Assembly: GCA_024626585.2 (NCBI GenBank)
Contig: JANKJI020000002.1
Coordinates: forward strand, 94,985,145-95,005,047
Source: Ginkgo biloba
Taxonomy: Eukaryota; Plantae; Ginkgophyta
Length of the DNA: 19,903 nt
Reading direction: 5' to 3'
Position numbers and translations under genes: made by a program. The stretch's first letter is position 1; every line of letters starts with the position of its first letter. The notes below the pieces were generated by a model. That model searched no databases. It saw nothing but the letters and a program-made list of their open reading frames with translations, and was not told the DNA's origin. This document shows positions 9,566 through 19,903 of the stretch, one piece after another.

Positions 9566-10079
9566 AATATTTATTTATCATAATTATCATTTAAGGATCT
9601 CTTTGGGTTGTATTTTCATGTTAAGAATTAATGACACTAATTTGACTTTGTGTTGATAAAGGATATTTTTTTAACACCTATAAAATAATAGTGAGATCTA
9701 CATTCATATCATATAAATACTCTTACTTATAATGCTATAGTAGTTCTTTAAGTTTGTTATCTTTTATTTCTTTCACATTTCTTCTAGAGGTACTCATAGA
9801 ATTATCAACATGTGAATTTGTTAGTATGGTTGTATGTTAAGAGAGATTATATATGGATCTATTTACTTAACATTCATATTAGTGGGGTTGATTATGCTTT
9901 TATTTATCTTGATATATTCTAGTTCTACTATGGGTGTTCTATTAGTGTTGTTGATACTCACAGAGTTATTACTAGTGTTATCTACTGAATAACTAATAGA
10001 TTTTACAAAGTCACCACTCATGGATCTAAATTTACCTGAATTACTTAGTACTTGGGATTTTTCTTCAAAAAAATTATCC

Positions 10080-10710
10080 ATAGTATACTTTGAGCAATAT
10101 TGTTTTAGTGCTAGTCCTTTATAAGAATCTTAAGGGACTAGAGCACTAAAGTATAATTGAGCCATAGTCTTGTATACTATTTGTACTACTAGTTAACGGT
10201 CTTTAAAGGAAAAAACTCTTATAAATATTTGGGTTATTTAAGCCCAACTTGTAATATGCATGGATAAATCCATCCACTCATACTAGAAAAATGTATGCTC
10301 TTTAATTTTCTTTCTAAGCATTTCTTCTCCAAGTATAGATACAAAGATCTATATGTTTAGTAGGGGATAACTGACTTGTATTTTTTATGATTTAATTAGT
10401 ATGCAATAACCTAGTGATATTAATAATTTTTAGAAAAGAAGCATGGTATACTTCCACTTCAAGATTCCAATATAACAACACATGAACCATTGATATGCCT
10501 GTCCTTTTAATGTTCTTTTAAAGAGTTCCATTATATTTATTATATTATAGGCATATTTAAATTTGTCCAAATATTTCATAACATATTGGGATCCACTAAA
10601 TATTGTTTATTTTTAGTCCCTTTTGACCTATATCCTTTAGATTCTAGTAGATAAAAATGTTCATATGATTTATTTTCTTATTCATAATTTATTATAGATT
10701 GGATTTCCTC
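10080..10710 (-). mobile_element. Ty3/Gypsy gag remnant (Retrotrans_gag-like), same element as the RT
   Basis: 10484-10531 translates MELFKRTLKGQAYQWF, matching the LFxxSLxGxAxxWF gag motif, and is preceded by DP...KYLDKF. It is upstream of the RT on the same strand and contig. Confidence 0.7.
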
Positions 10711-11242
10711 NNNNNNNNNNNNNNNNNNNNNNNNNNNNNNNNNNNNNNNNNNNNNNNNNNNNNNNNNNNNNNNNNNNNNNNNNNNNNNNNNNNNNNNNNN
10801 NNNNNNNNNNAGGTCATAAACTATACATTGTTAGTGCCAATGTAAACCCTAGGAGATTCGAAAGGTCTTCTATATATGCTCTCTTGTCTAGATTTTGCAC
10901 CTGTGAAGGTTCTAAAATGAGTGTAGTAGGAAGGGAAACTATTCTCGATCTACTAGAGGATGCCACAGTGGAGTGAAGGCTATTTATAACTGCCCAATGC
11001 TCCAAAAAGCTTCTCCAAATAAGAATTGCTCACAACTCATCCAAGTTCAATTTACTTTTCTTATGGCATTCCCAGCTTGTTTTGTCTACTGTTTGGGATT
11101 TTTTTTCTTTTCAAATAGGATATATAATACATCTTTGGTTCTTGTAGCTTGATTCTATTATNNNNNNNNNNNNNNNNNNNNNNNNNNNNNNNNNNNNNNN
11201 NNNNNNNNNNNNNNNNNNNNNNNNNNNNNNNNNNNNNNNNNN

Positions 11243-11620
11243 ATCAAAATCATCTGTTGAATTGTCCATGAGGAAATTAGCTTCTTCTAATGATTCCACC
11301 TTCGATGGCACACTAATTAAACTTATTGAAATTGATTCATCAGCATTTAAACGGAATGAAACCCCCAATCCCGTCCAACTAATCTATCTCCAACACTCCA
11401 ACTCATTCACTGCTAAACAGATCAGAAAGGGGATGAGTGGAAGGGCCANNNNNNNNNNNNNNNNNNNNNNNNNNNNNNNNNNNNNNNNNNNNNNNNNNNN
11501 NNNNNNNNTGTTTGCAGTGCATAAAAAATCGCATAGAAGTGGGATAATCAGATTCCCACTACTAGCATGCATGGCCAATTGGGTTCTAAGTTGGGCAGTT
11601 ACAGAATAAGCTCCCTGGCC
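11243..11620 (+). mobile_element. LINE-1 ORF2 post-RT region remnant
   Basis: RKLAS...TFDGTLIKLI ... KGMSGRA [gap] HKKSHRSGIIRFPLLACMANWVLSWAVTE*APW parallels the plant L1 pattern KLxxW..LSxAGRLxLI...WVAW..CxPKxxGGLGIR...ALxAKWxxRW....APW. Confidence 0.4.
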
Positions 11621-11912
11621 ATGCTTCTAGAAGGTCTGAGGCATATCCTTGACTCCTACAACCACATGGAGCTCTACAAGTTGAAGTTGGTTTTTTGCCC
11701 ACACTTCTATTTGCAGATAGCATTTCAAAGAGCATTATGTAATGGCCAATGAATTCTGTTGCCCAAGCACCCTTGGCACGCCTTGTTTACACCATCATGA
11801 GCAGTCAGGAAGCCTCTAGCCATCAGAACTTTGAGATTGAGGCACTCTGAAAATTTCAAGCCTGAAAAGGTCTAACTCTTCCCTGTGAAAACATAGGACG
11901 TATTATGCGTAA

Positions 11913-12012
11913 GTGTATTGAGATCACCAACAATGTTGTGTGCATTGAAAATGACAAAGATGGGTGTATTGAGATCTCAAGTAATGTTGTGTGCATTAAA
12001 ATTGACCAAGAT
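11913..12012 (+). repeat. 51-bp tandem duplication (2 copies, in frame) inside ORF 11905-12144
   Basis: gtgtattgagatcaccaacaatgttgtgtgcattgaaaatgacaaagat at 11913 versus gtgtattgagatctcaagtaatgttgtgtgcattaaaattgaccaagat at 11964. The peptides are CIEITNNVVCIENDKD and CIEISSNVVCIKIDQD. Confidence 0.85.
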
Positions 12013-14194
12013 ATCAAGGCCTTGGAACCTGTGGGTGTGCACCAAGTTAGAGTTTGGAGGCTGATTTATGAAGTACAAAAATATGCTGATATTTTGCCAG
12101 GCATGAAAAAAAATTACGACAAAACTGATCCAGTCACCTCATGAATCGTTGGCTAGACCATCAACTACACTAGTCAAGAGATTGGAGGCACTGGTATTGG
12201 CGACTGTGAAGACAGAATTTCTTAAACACATTCCAGTAAGCATGTTTGAGAGAGAGATGGCAATGACACGTGTAATGCTGGCTGATTCTGTNNNNNNNNN
12301 NNNNNNNNNNNNNNNNNNNNNNNNNNNNNNNNNNNNNNNNNNNNNNNNNNNNNNNNNNNNNNNNNNNNNNNNNNNNNNNNNNNNNNNNNNNTTTTATTTC
12401 TTAGTCTTAAACTACTAGACTTTACACATGGAAAATAATTACCACATTTGATCTAGAATTGATTAGACACAAGTCCCCATAATGAAGAAATAAATGCTTA
12501 ATACCATAGGCCAACGCATCAATTTTTTTAGTATATAGTATATAGATAGTAAATAAGATTCTAAGGATAATATATTTGACATTATTACTTCTTTTATTGG
12601 TGTGCCTTCTTTCACTCATTTAGGAGGCTATAGAAAGATAATTATCTATTAATAATTATCTTCCATAAGGGTTTGGCTTACTTCAACACCTTTGAGGTTT
12701 TATTTGTTTGCTCCTTTTTTCATGGCTACCCCATCAACCATTAGAGTGTTCCTTGTACCATTCCATTTGGTGTAGCTTGTTTTAGCATTGGAGCTTAGAT
12801 GGAGAGGAGAGTAGGGGCATCTGTCCATGAGTTTTGCCTCTGCTTAGTAAAAGTAGTTCCTTAAAACCTTGTCCCATTAATATATTGTTCATTCATTTAA
12901 ATCCTTTTGGTATTATTTAGTGATTTTTATTTACTTTCTACATTTGGGGTTCTTATTTATATTATTTTATCTCATGCACTAACTCCTAACACTGTTTATA
13001 TAGTAGATTTCATTTTGGCTTATTTGTGTGTCTTTGCTTGTAGGCATTATTTATCTTTCTTTGAGTATCAAAGAGGACTTCGCACGCAGATTCTAGAATC
13101 AAGTCAACCAAAGGGAAAGCACTATCCAGTTATTTGGACACCCTTGTATTGGAACCCTATCAGGCTTCATTTGTCCTTAGTATGTGAGTTAGTTTTGTGT
13201 GATAAATTAATCAGTTTCATATAGTCAATTATTAATCCCACAAAATTAATAAACAAGTGGTGAATATAGGACACACCTAATTCACCCAATTATTATAGTA
13301 AGGAAAAATTTGATGGGGTTTTTCTTTATGCAAGCCAAGTTGAAACCTCCTCTCTCCTCTCCTCTACTTGAATTGTCATCAACACATTGTGTTATTATAG
13401 GTCTCTCAATACAATGTAACACCAACATTTAGTTCATCGGAGAGAGCCCCAACAATTAAAGAAACAACATTTGGAGATATAAAGTCAATCAATTTAACTA
13501 TCCATTACTCTTCTATACTTAGCCTTTAAAGGGCATTAAATTCTAGCTTGAGTTCTCATAAAAGAGCATGGAATAGTCTACACATTAGAGTAAAGGCTAA
13601 ATATTTTCTCTGTGCTTTTATCCACCTTTGCATGATGGAAGTTTAACCTTAGTATAATCAAATAGAAATATTTAGCTAAAATAAATTTTGTATTTGAATA
13701 TATAAATTATGCTTTCACCCCTCAACTTAAAGAAAGCTCTTCTTATGAGAAAAGAGTAGGAAGTTACAATGGTAACATTTTTTTCATGCATTGAGGGATA
13801 GAGATTGATTTTAAACATGAAAATAATACCCATTATCCTAAGAGATTTACAAGGGTAAGAAGCTTCCTTCTATTCTATATAAGGAAATGTTTTCTTCACA
13901 CTAACCATCTGTAATGGTAACAGGTAGGACAAAAGCCATCAGTTGAAACAGTCAGAGTCAACTGTTACAGGAATGAAAATACCTGCCGGACACACGTCCT
14001 CGAGTCTAATGTAATGGAGAAATCTGCAGTGTATATCAACATGCCACGGCCAAAACAATTAGGAAATCTTGTAATAGGTTTAGATCATCATATGGAGCTT
14101 GTCTACTATAATGCTCAATAATGTAAGCCGTGGGCCGTGGCTACCTAGCCATGCTTAGCTTGACGTGAAATTTTGACAGCTTAGCATGGGTTTG

Positions 14195-14271
14195 GACACC
14201 CAACATCGGTTTTGAACCCGTGACCCTCCCTGCCCGTTCTGGCGTCCAATTGCAGTCAGCCACGCAAGGCC
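14195..14271 (-). mobile_element. tRNA-derived SINE head or tRNA-like pseudogene
   Basis: The minus strand has an A-box-like TGGCTGACTGC (14262-14252) and a B-box GGTTCAAAACC (14218-14208) in GGTCACGGGTTC context. Their starts are 44 nt apart, as for tRNA positions 8 and 52. Cloverleaf stems are not intact. Confidence 0.5.
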
Positions 14272-15199
14272 ACAGATTTCTGTTTCTGAGCAATGTTTTT
14301 TCGAGACGTGTTATGCTTGAAAACAGCATATTCACTGCACATTCTCCAAAACTGTAGTGCAGATGGAAATATTCTCCGAAATCCGTTCCTTATTTTTGGA
14401 TAACCGCTTCATATTTAAATCCTTCTAAAGGCATTTGGGGTTTCTGCCCTGTGTGTGCGCATAGGTGGATGTTGCATCGGTCTGTTAAAGATTTTATCTT
14501 CAGTGCAATGAATTGTTTCAATAAAGCTCCCAGAGGATTAAAAAGATTTCAAGGCCATCTCAAAAGAATTGAAACACTCCTTCCTTAACGTCAGAAAAGC
14601 CTACAATATTAATTAAAAAAAGACAGTCTTGGGAGAACCATATTCAAATTTCCCGGGCATGCATAATTCTAAACACAGAATGCCAAGTAAAAAGACGGTT
14701 TTCGTCAAGCAAAACCAGAAAACTGTATCACAGCCCAAAGATTCACAGAAGTGAACGTCAAAAGAATCATGAGAGCATTTGTACCTTTGCCTTAACTTTG
14801 AATCGCTACGACTTAAAAAAAATCAATCTCCTCTCTAACATGCGCAGGACTTGAAAACATGCCCAACAAAATGTCCATAGACATAGGGCGGACGGTGTTT
14901 CTTAATATCCTTAAACCCACATACGCCTTATCCCCTTAAAACCCTTCTAACTAAACTTGTCTACATTACCTAAGCCCCTTTAATCCATATGCTTCTCCAA
15001 ATTTATTTATTTTTTAAATAAATATTTGTTCAATGATTGTGATGTTCTTAACAATTTGAAAGGTATACGCCCTTGTTATTTGAGCATTTATACGGAGCAT
15101 GTAGGATATGTTTTGTGGGTTTGATAACTCTTACAAGTTTTTTGGGGTCCTAGAGATACATTCCAATTTATATATTAAAACTAATATAATATGGATTAT

Positions 15200-15429
15200 T
15201 GTTAGAAGGTTAACGTTATTAGTGGTCATGTCTTAAGTCGATTCTTGTGAAAGTCTTTTACAGATTCTAGTGATAGCCAGCTAGAAGATTCTTATGAAGG
15301 CTTAACTCAATTCTTATCAAAGACCTCTACTCAACAAGTATAAATAGAGGTCAATCCCATATTGTATCTCAAGTGAAGATATTAAGAATAATTGAGTATT
15401 GATTTGTATTCACTATTGTGTTTCTATTT
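15200..15429 (+). mobile_element. LTR fragment (U3/TATA/R), truncated by a gap
   Basis: Starts TGTTAG at 15200 and has TATAAATAGAGG at 15339-15350 followed by ATTGTA, the usual plant LTR promoter context. Confidence 0.55.
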
Positions 15430-15782
15430 NNNNNNNNNNNNNNNNNNNNNNNNNNNNNNNNNNNNNNNNNNNNNNNNNNNNNNNNNNNNNNNNNNNNNNN
15501 NNNNNNNNNNNNNNNNNNNNNNNNNNNNNGATAAGGTCAATAGATTATTGAAGAAGCCATTCGAAGAGCAAACCTTGTTATATCAAGAGTCTAGCGCATA
15601 GAAAGACGAGTAAGTGAAATAGTAGGTGCCAGAGTAAGTGTGCAACAAACCTCATTTTAAGAACTAGAGGGAGACACAAGGAATACCAACAAATTATGGA
15701 GGAATCACACTGATATATACTCCCAATAAAGAATGGTGAATACTTTGAAGTAGGAAAAAATCACAGAGATATCCTCTTAAGA

Positions 15783-16440
15783 ACTAAGTTTGAATTTCAA
15801 GAGTGGGACAAAAAAACCTTGACCTAATTTTTCATATAGGTGTATGGGAAGTGGCCCAACGATAAGGTGAAACCTATTGATGCACCAATCCAAATCACCT
15901 AGGAAGAAAAAAAACTAGAGAAAGCAAGAATCCTATAAGTTATAGAAAACCCCTACTTTGGATAATAGTCTAAGCTCATAAGGTTTCTGCTAGAAAGGTA
16001 CCACAATGATCAAGTATGGATCAATGACTCTGTTCTTCTTGGAATGGATCAAATAGATCTATTAATAGGGTTTCCATCAGAAGCACAAAGTGATATTAAG
16101 AGTGCTATGGGAGTGAAAAAAAAATCATGGCATGATGAAATTAGGGCATAATTTGGTGATGACAAAAAACTCATAGTGAGATCCAGAGGGATAGGTATCA
16201 ATAAAATCACCAACCCAATAAAGAAGTGGGTTATGAAGCTCTTTGACACATGGTTCTATAACTCAATAAGAATAACCATCATACCTAATGATTAAGATCA
16301 TATCAGACTTGGGTATTCTATTCACTTGGGCTAATTTTATCTAATAACAACTCCATGATACCATTAATAACACTTTGTATAAAGGAATTCTCTTTCGTAT
16401 GTCAAAATTATTGATTTCATTATTAATGTTAAAATATTTG
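15783..16440 (+). mobile_element. Decayed gymnosperm-type Gypsy accessory (extra) ORF
   Basis: One long frame with TAA/TAG stops: ENPYFG**SKLIRFLLERYHNDQVWINDSVLLGMDQIDLLIGFPSE...RSRGIGINKITNPIKKWVMKL, then KGILFSY after a probable frameshift. It matches the recalled pattern PxFG...LLxRxHxxxxWLD...IxxITGLP...RGIxIxxI...GxxFxY. Confidence 0.6.
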
Positions 16441-17109
16441 CCTCCTGGTTCCATGGAAAAAACCCTAGTAGGAAGGTCCTTATGGAAGTATGATTGGTGA
16501 TAGCCTCAACAATTCAAGGAATAGTACATAAAAATGTTAATTGACTAGCGGGATAGGATCTACACAAAAATATTTACAATAATAAGGGTGACATGGGGAT
16601 TTAATGCATAATGTTATTGAGGCGNNNNNNNNNNNNNNNNNNNNNNNNNNNNNNNNNNNNNNNNNNNNNNNNNNNNNNNNNNNNNNNNNNNNNNNNNNNN
16701 NNNNNNNNNNNNNNNNNNNNNNNNAGAAAATGGTCTTTTCTGTAAGCTTCTGAAATAGCCTTTGCCGCATGAATCTTCAACTAGTGGACCTTACCTTAAA
16801 TTGCATAGAGGTATTGGTGTTATGATTTATCATATCATGTTGTAATGTGAATTCGAGTTCACCTAATATTTTATCAAACTATTTTGCCAATGTTTGCTAG
16901 AGTCAATTATCACTACTAGTAAATGATAGTTGAGGTGAAGTAANNNNNNNNNNNNNGCTATTTCATTTACCTAATATTCTAGTTAATAATTTTTTAATCA
17001 CTTTTTTATATTTCTTTAGTATTGATGAAATCAACAATCATATTATTATAAAAGTATCATATGTGAAATTGTTGTTAAAGTTGATATAATTATAAGGAGG
17101 ATATTAATA

Positions 17110-17660
17110 TTTAAATCCTAAAATTGGATGCCATAAATGCATGGGAGATTGTGTATGATCTGAACATTATAGCTTCTTTCTCCAATAGAATAGAAAATTT
17201 TCATATAATAAGGATAAGTGAATTGATGATTATGTAGAGATGCATATCCATTAGCCTAATGCAAACTATTGATGATATACTTATGTACATGCCCACATGT
17301 GATAATGCTACACCATCTCCTTTCTAGCAATGGACTACAAACTTAGAATCCAATGACCACTATCCCATAAGATAATATAGCATTTGATGACACTCGTAGT
17401 TTTCTAAAAAGACAATAATGTTCTTTTAAACATACCAATTATGAAATTGGTCATTTTGAGCCATTTATGTTTGAAAATTCTAATTACAAGTTGATGGTTG
17501 GTCTCAAGCATTAGTACCTCAAAAATTCTCTATATTTAGTTTTATTTGCTTAAATCAAGTGCAAATGTTTTAATCTAATGGATATTATTCTACATATTTG
17601 TGATTTATAATGCTCTGTCAATGGCATTGTTTATAGAGTCTAGTGATAGCCCAATATGAA
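17110..17660 (+). mobile_element. Very decayed Ty3/Gypsy integrase
   Basis: Ordered fragments across frameshifts: MHGRLC (cf. MHEGxCGGH), KIF, LCRDAY...CKL (cf. LFKDA...CxxCQ), PF*QW (cf. PFQQW), FSK, KHTNYE...FMFEN-LITS (cf. FLxENIITRFG), and NG...ESSD (cf. NGxAESSNK). Confidence 0.45.
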
Positions 17661-19441
17661 TACTATAATGCATGATGATGTAGGTACAACATTCACAACA
17701 ATAAGATGAGCAGAACATGCTTATGTGAGTCATATCCCCACATCAAATCTTGAGACAATAATCACTAGATGCCTACAAGGAGGAGATGAATTCTTAACAA
17801 CCAAGCGAATAATATCATTTGTGATGCTTTGAAAAAGATATTATATCAGTTATTCCAATGTACCATATCTCATGTGTATTGTTCTGTTTCTTCTAGAATT
17901 CTAAATTTTCATTGCAGTTTGTTTCCCTCCATAATGACCACCCTTAGGTTTAGAGTGGTAATATTTAANNNNNNNNNNNNNNNNNNNNNNNNNNNNNNNN
18001 NNNNNNNNNNNNNNNNNNNNNNNNNNNNNNNNNNNNNNNNNNNNNNNNNNNNNNNNNNNNNNNNNNNNATGATATATGTTTGTTATGAAGGTTTAATTTA
18101 TGCTTTCATTCATCTAAAAATTTGAATGGACCAATTTTGACAGATGCAAAACCTAGATCATATTTGAGAGCGCAAATTTGGTTTAATGGTTAGTAGTATT
18201 TCTTCACCACAAAGGGCACTCACACATTGATATTATTTGCAAAAATATTATGTTCAATTGAAATCTAATTCAATAAAACATAAATGTCAACATCTAACTC
18301 AAAAGTGACAAAACTTAAAAGTTTGCATTAGTGTCTGTTATAGAAGCAACAGAAAGATGAAATCTTTAAGCAATTAAGTATATTTTAAATAACATTTATA
18401 TGCATTTTAAATTTCAAGCACCAATTCATTTGGCTTGTAAATAATTCCCTTTGACACCATTCAGAGATAGTTAGAAATTCTCTACTTGCTTATATAGAAG
18501 GGGGTTGATTCCAATCTCTTTGCTAATGATAGTTGAATGCCTTATGATATTGGAAAAAGATTCACAAAGGTTGTATTAAATTTTTTAGTATCAATAATAC
18601 CATTATAGATGCTTGGACCTTAAATAATAAAGCCATGTTACATAGAGCTATAACTAGAGATGATGGGTAATATTATTTTATAGAAAAAAACCAACAAGGA
18701 TATTAAGAATAAATAAGATAAATGCCCTATGATTTTTGCTACAATGTCTAGGAATACATCTTTTTTAATTTACTACAACTGAGAGATCATTTACAAAGGA
18801 CTGCAAGATGGGCTACAAGATGATGGGACTTGAAATTATTCTGTGATTTTGAAAGGGTGTTGTATAATCCATTGGAGTTTTTACATACCTAATGTGTACA
18901 TATGAGATGAATAGTGCATTCCGCCACTCTTGACCAAGTAGGTTAGAAACACAAATGTATATCCTAAGTCATGGAGCAATTCCATATAGAAATTTAACAT
19001 ATTTAATTATTCATATCTTTGTGATATTATTATATATATAAATATGTGTGAATTGATTTCTTTCATATATAATTTTTGGTAGAGAGAAAGACAAGGTGTG
19101 ATGACATATATATTAAGTTGCTTTACTATCACTAGAGATATAAAATAATGAGGTAGATTTTCTAATGTACATCTGTAAAAAATAATAATCTATGCATAGA
19201 AAAGAATATGCCAACCTATGAAGAGGATAAATGATTTTTTTTAGATCCATTTAAATATAAAATTCACTAAAATTATATACAAAAAAATATTGAGATTTTA
19301 TGTGAGAATGTAATTGTCAATTAATTGTCTTTCTCCTATAAATGTCTAACTAACAAAGTTCACTGACAAGTATATTCTTATGTAAATTTGACATTTCTTA
19401 ATAAAAATAATTAATAAAGAAGTTTAATCATGGTAATTATT

Positions 19442-19446
<5 letters not shown>

Positions 19447-19492
<46 letters not shown>
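19447..19492. repeat. Compound microsatellite (TG)13(AG)10
   Basis: Counted directly from the sequence. Confidence 0.97.
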
Positions 19493-19495
<3 letters not shown>

Positions 19496-19903
19496 ACAAC
19501 CGAAGTTAAATGAGGGGCACAACACTACTGACCCCATCACCATCATTACCATCCTCCTAACTAGAGCCACTTCATCCATCNNNNNNNNNNNNNNNNNNNN
19601 NNNNNNNNNNNNNNNNNNNNNNNNNNNNNNNNNNNNNNNNNNNNNNNNNNNNNNNNNNNNNNNNNNNNNNNNNNNNNNNNNNNNNNNNNNNCGAACCCTA
19701 TGGGGTCTTTACTTTTGCTCTTGCTCCTTGGTAGTTCCTCTTCACCCTATTTAAGAGGCACTCTACTAATTGCATAAGGGGAAACACCCCAAAATTCAAT
19801 GAGCTCTATCAAGTAACTTAGCTCCATTTAGACTATATCAACTTGAACTTTGATCCGCAAAGAGAAATCAACCAAAATCATAAAGATGATATGATTAGAA
19901 TTG

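Larger units (their letters stand above)
1194..19691. other. 14 assembly gaps
   Basis: 100-N runs start at 3311, 5242, 7811, 10711, 12292, 15430, 16625 and 17969. Others are 1194-1203, 2097-2216, 11162-11242, 11449-11508, 16944-16956 and 19581-19691. Confidence 0.98.

Noticed and set aside
11820-11885. LRR-like LKFSECLNLKVL on the minus strand
   Set aside because: It is a single isolated motif with no repeat series.
13716-13728. Polypurine-tract-like AAGTTGAGGGGTG on the minus strand
   Set aside because: No clear LTR boundary or linked pol sequence supports it.
14195-14271. Functional tRNA gene
   Set aside because: The acceptor, anticodon and T stems do not pair properly; it is kept only as a SINE-like head.
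17733-17745. snRNA USE-like TCCCCACATCA
   Set aside because: There is no correctly spaced TATA box or recognisable snRNA downstream.
19452-19754. ORFs spanning N runs or starting in the microsatellite (also 1983, 3240, 7705, 7777, 15392, 16537, 17829)
   Set aside because: Their length is an artefact of N codons and simple repeats.

Overview
This is eukaryotic, not prokaryotic, DNA. It is an AT-rich plant scaffold, most likely gymnosperm judging from the retrotransposon types, broken by 14 N-gaps; 8 are exactly 100 N, so adjacency across them is unreliable. I found no intact conserved protein gene, rRNA, true tRNA or CRISPR array. Most of the window is decayed transposable-element debris: minus-strand Ty3/Gypsy gag and RT, a gymnosperm-type Gypsy accessory ORF, a very decayed integrase, LINE-1-like fragments, LTR pieces, an 18-bp minisatellite and a (TG)13(AG)10 microsatellite. 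The most interesting non-TE signals are: (1) four heat-shock-element units and a TATA box at 6221-6386, followed not by an HSP ORF but by a ~600-nt nested imperfect fold-back, a candidate heat-inducible pri-miRNA or hairpin RNA; (2) a tRNA-derived SINE-like head with tRNA-like A/B box spacing inside a CpG-retaining island near 14 kb; (3) a decayed intron-containing gene of unknown family at ~0.4-1.9 kb. All translations and alignments were done by eye, and family assignments come from recalled motifs rather than database searches.
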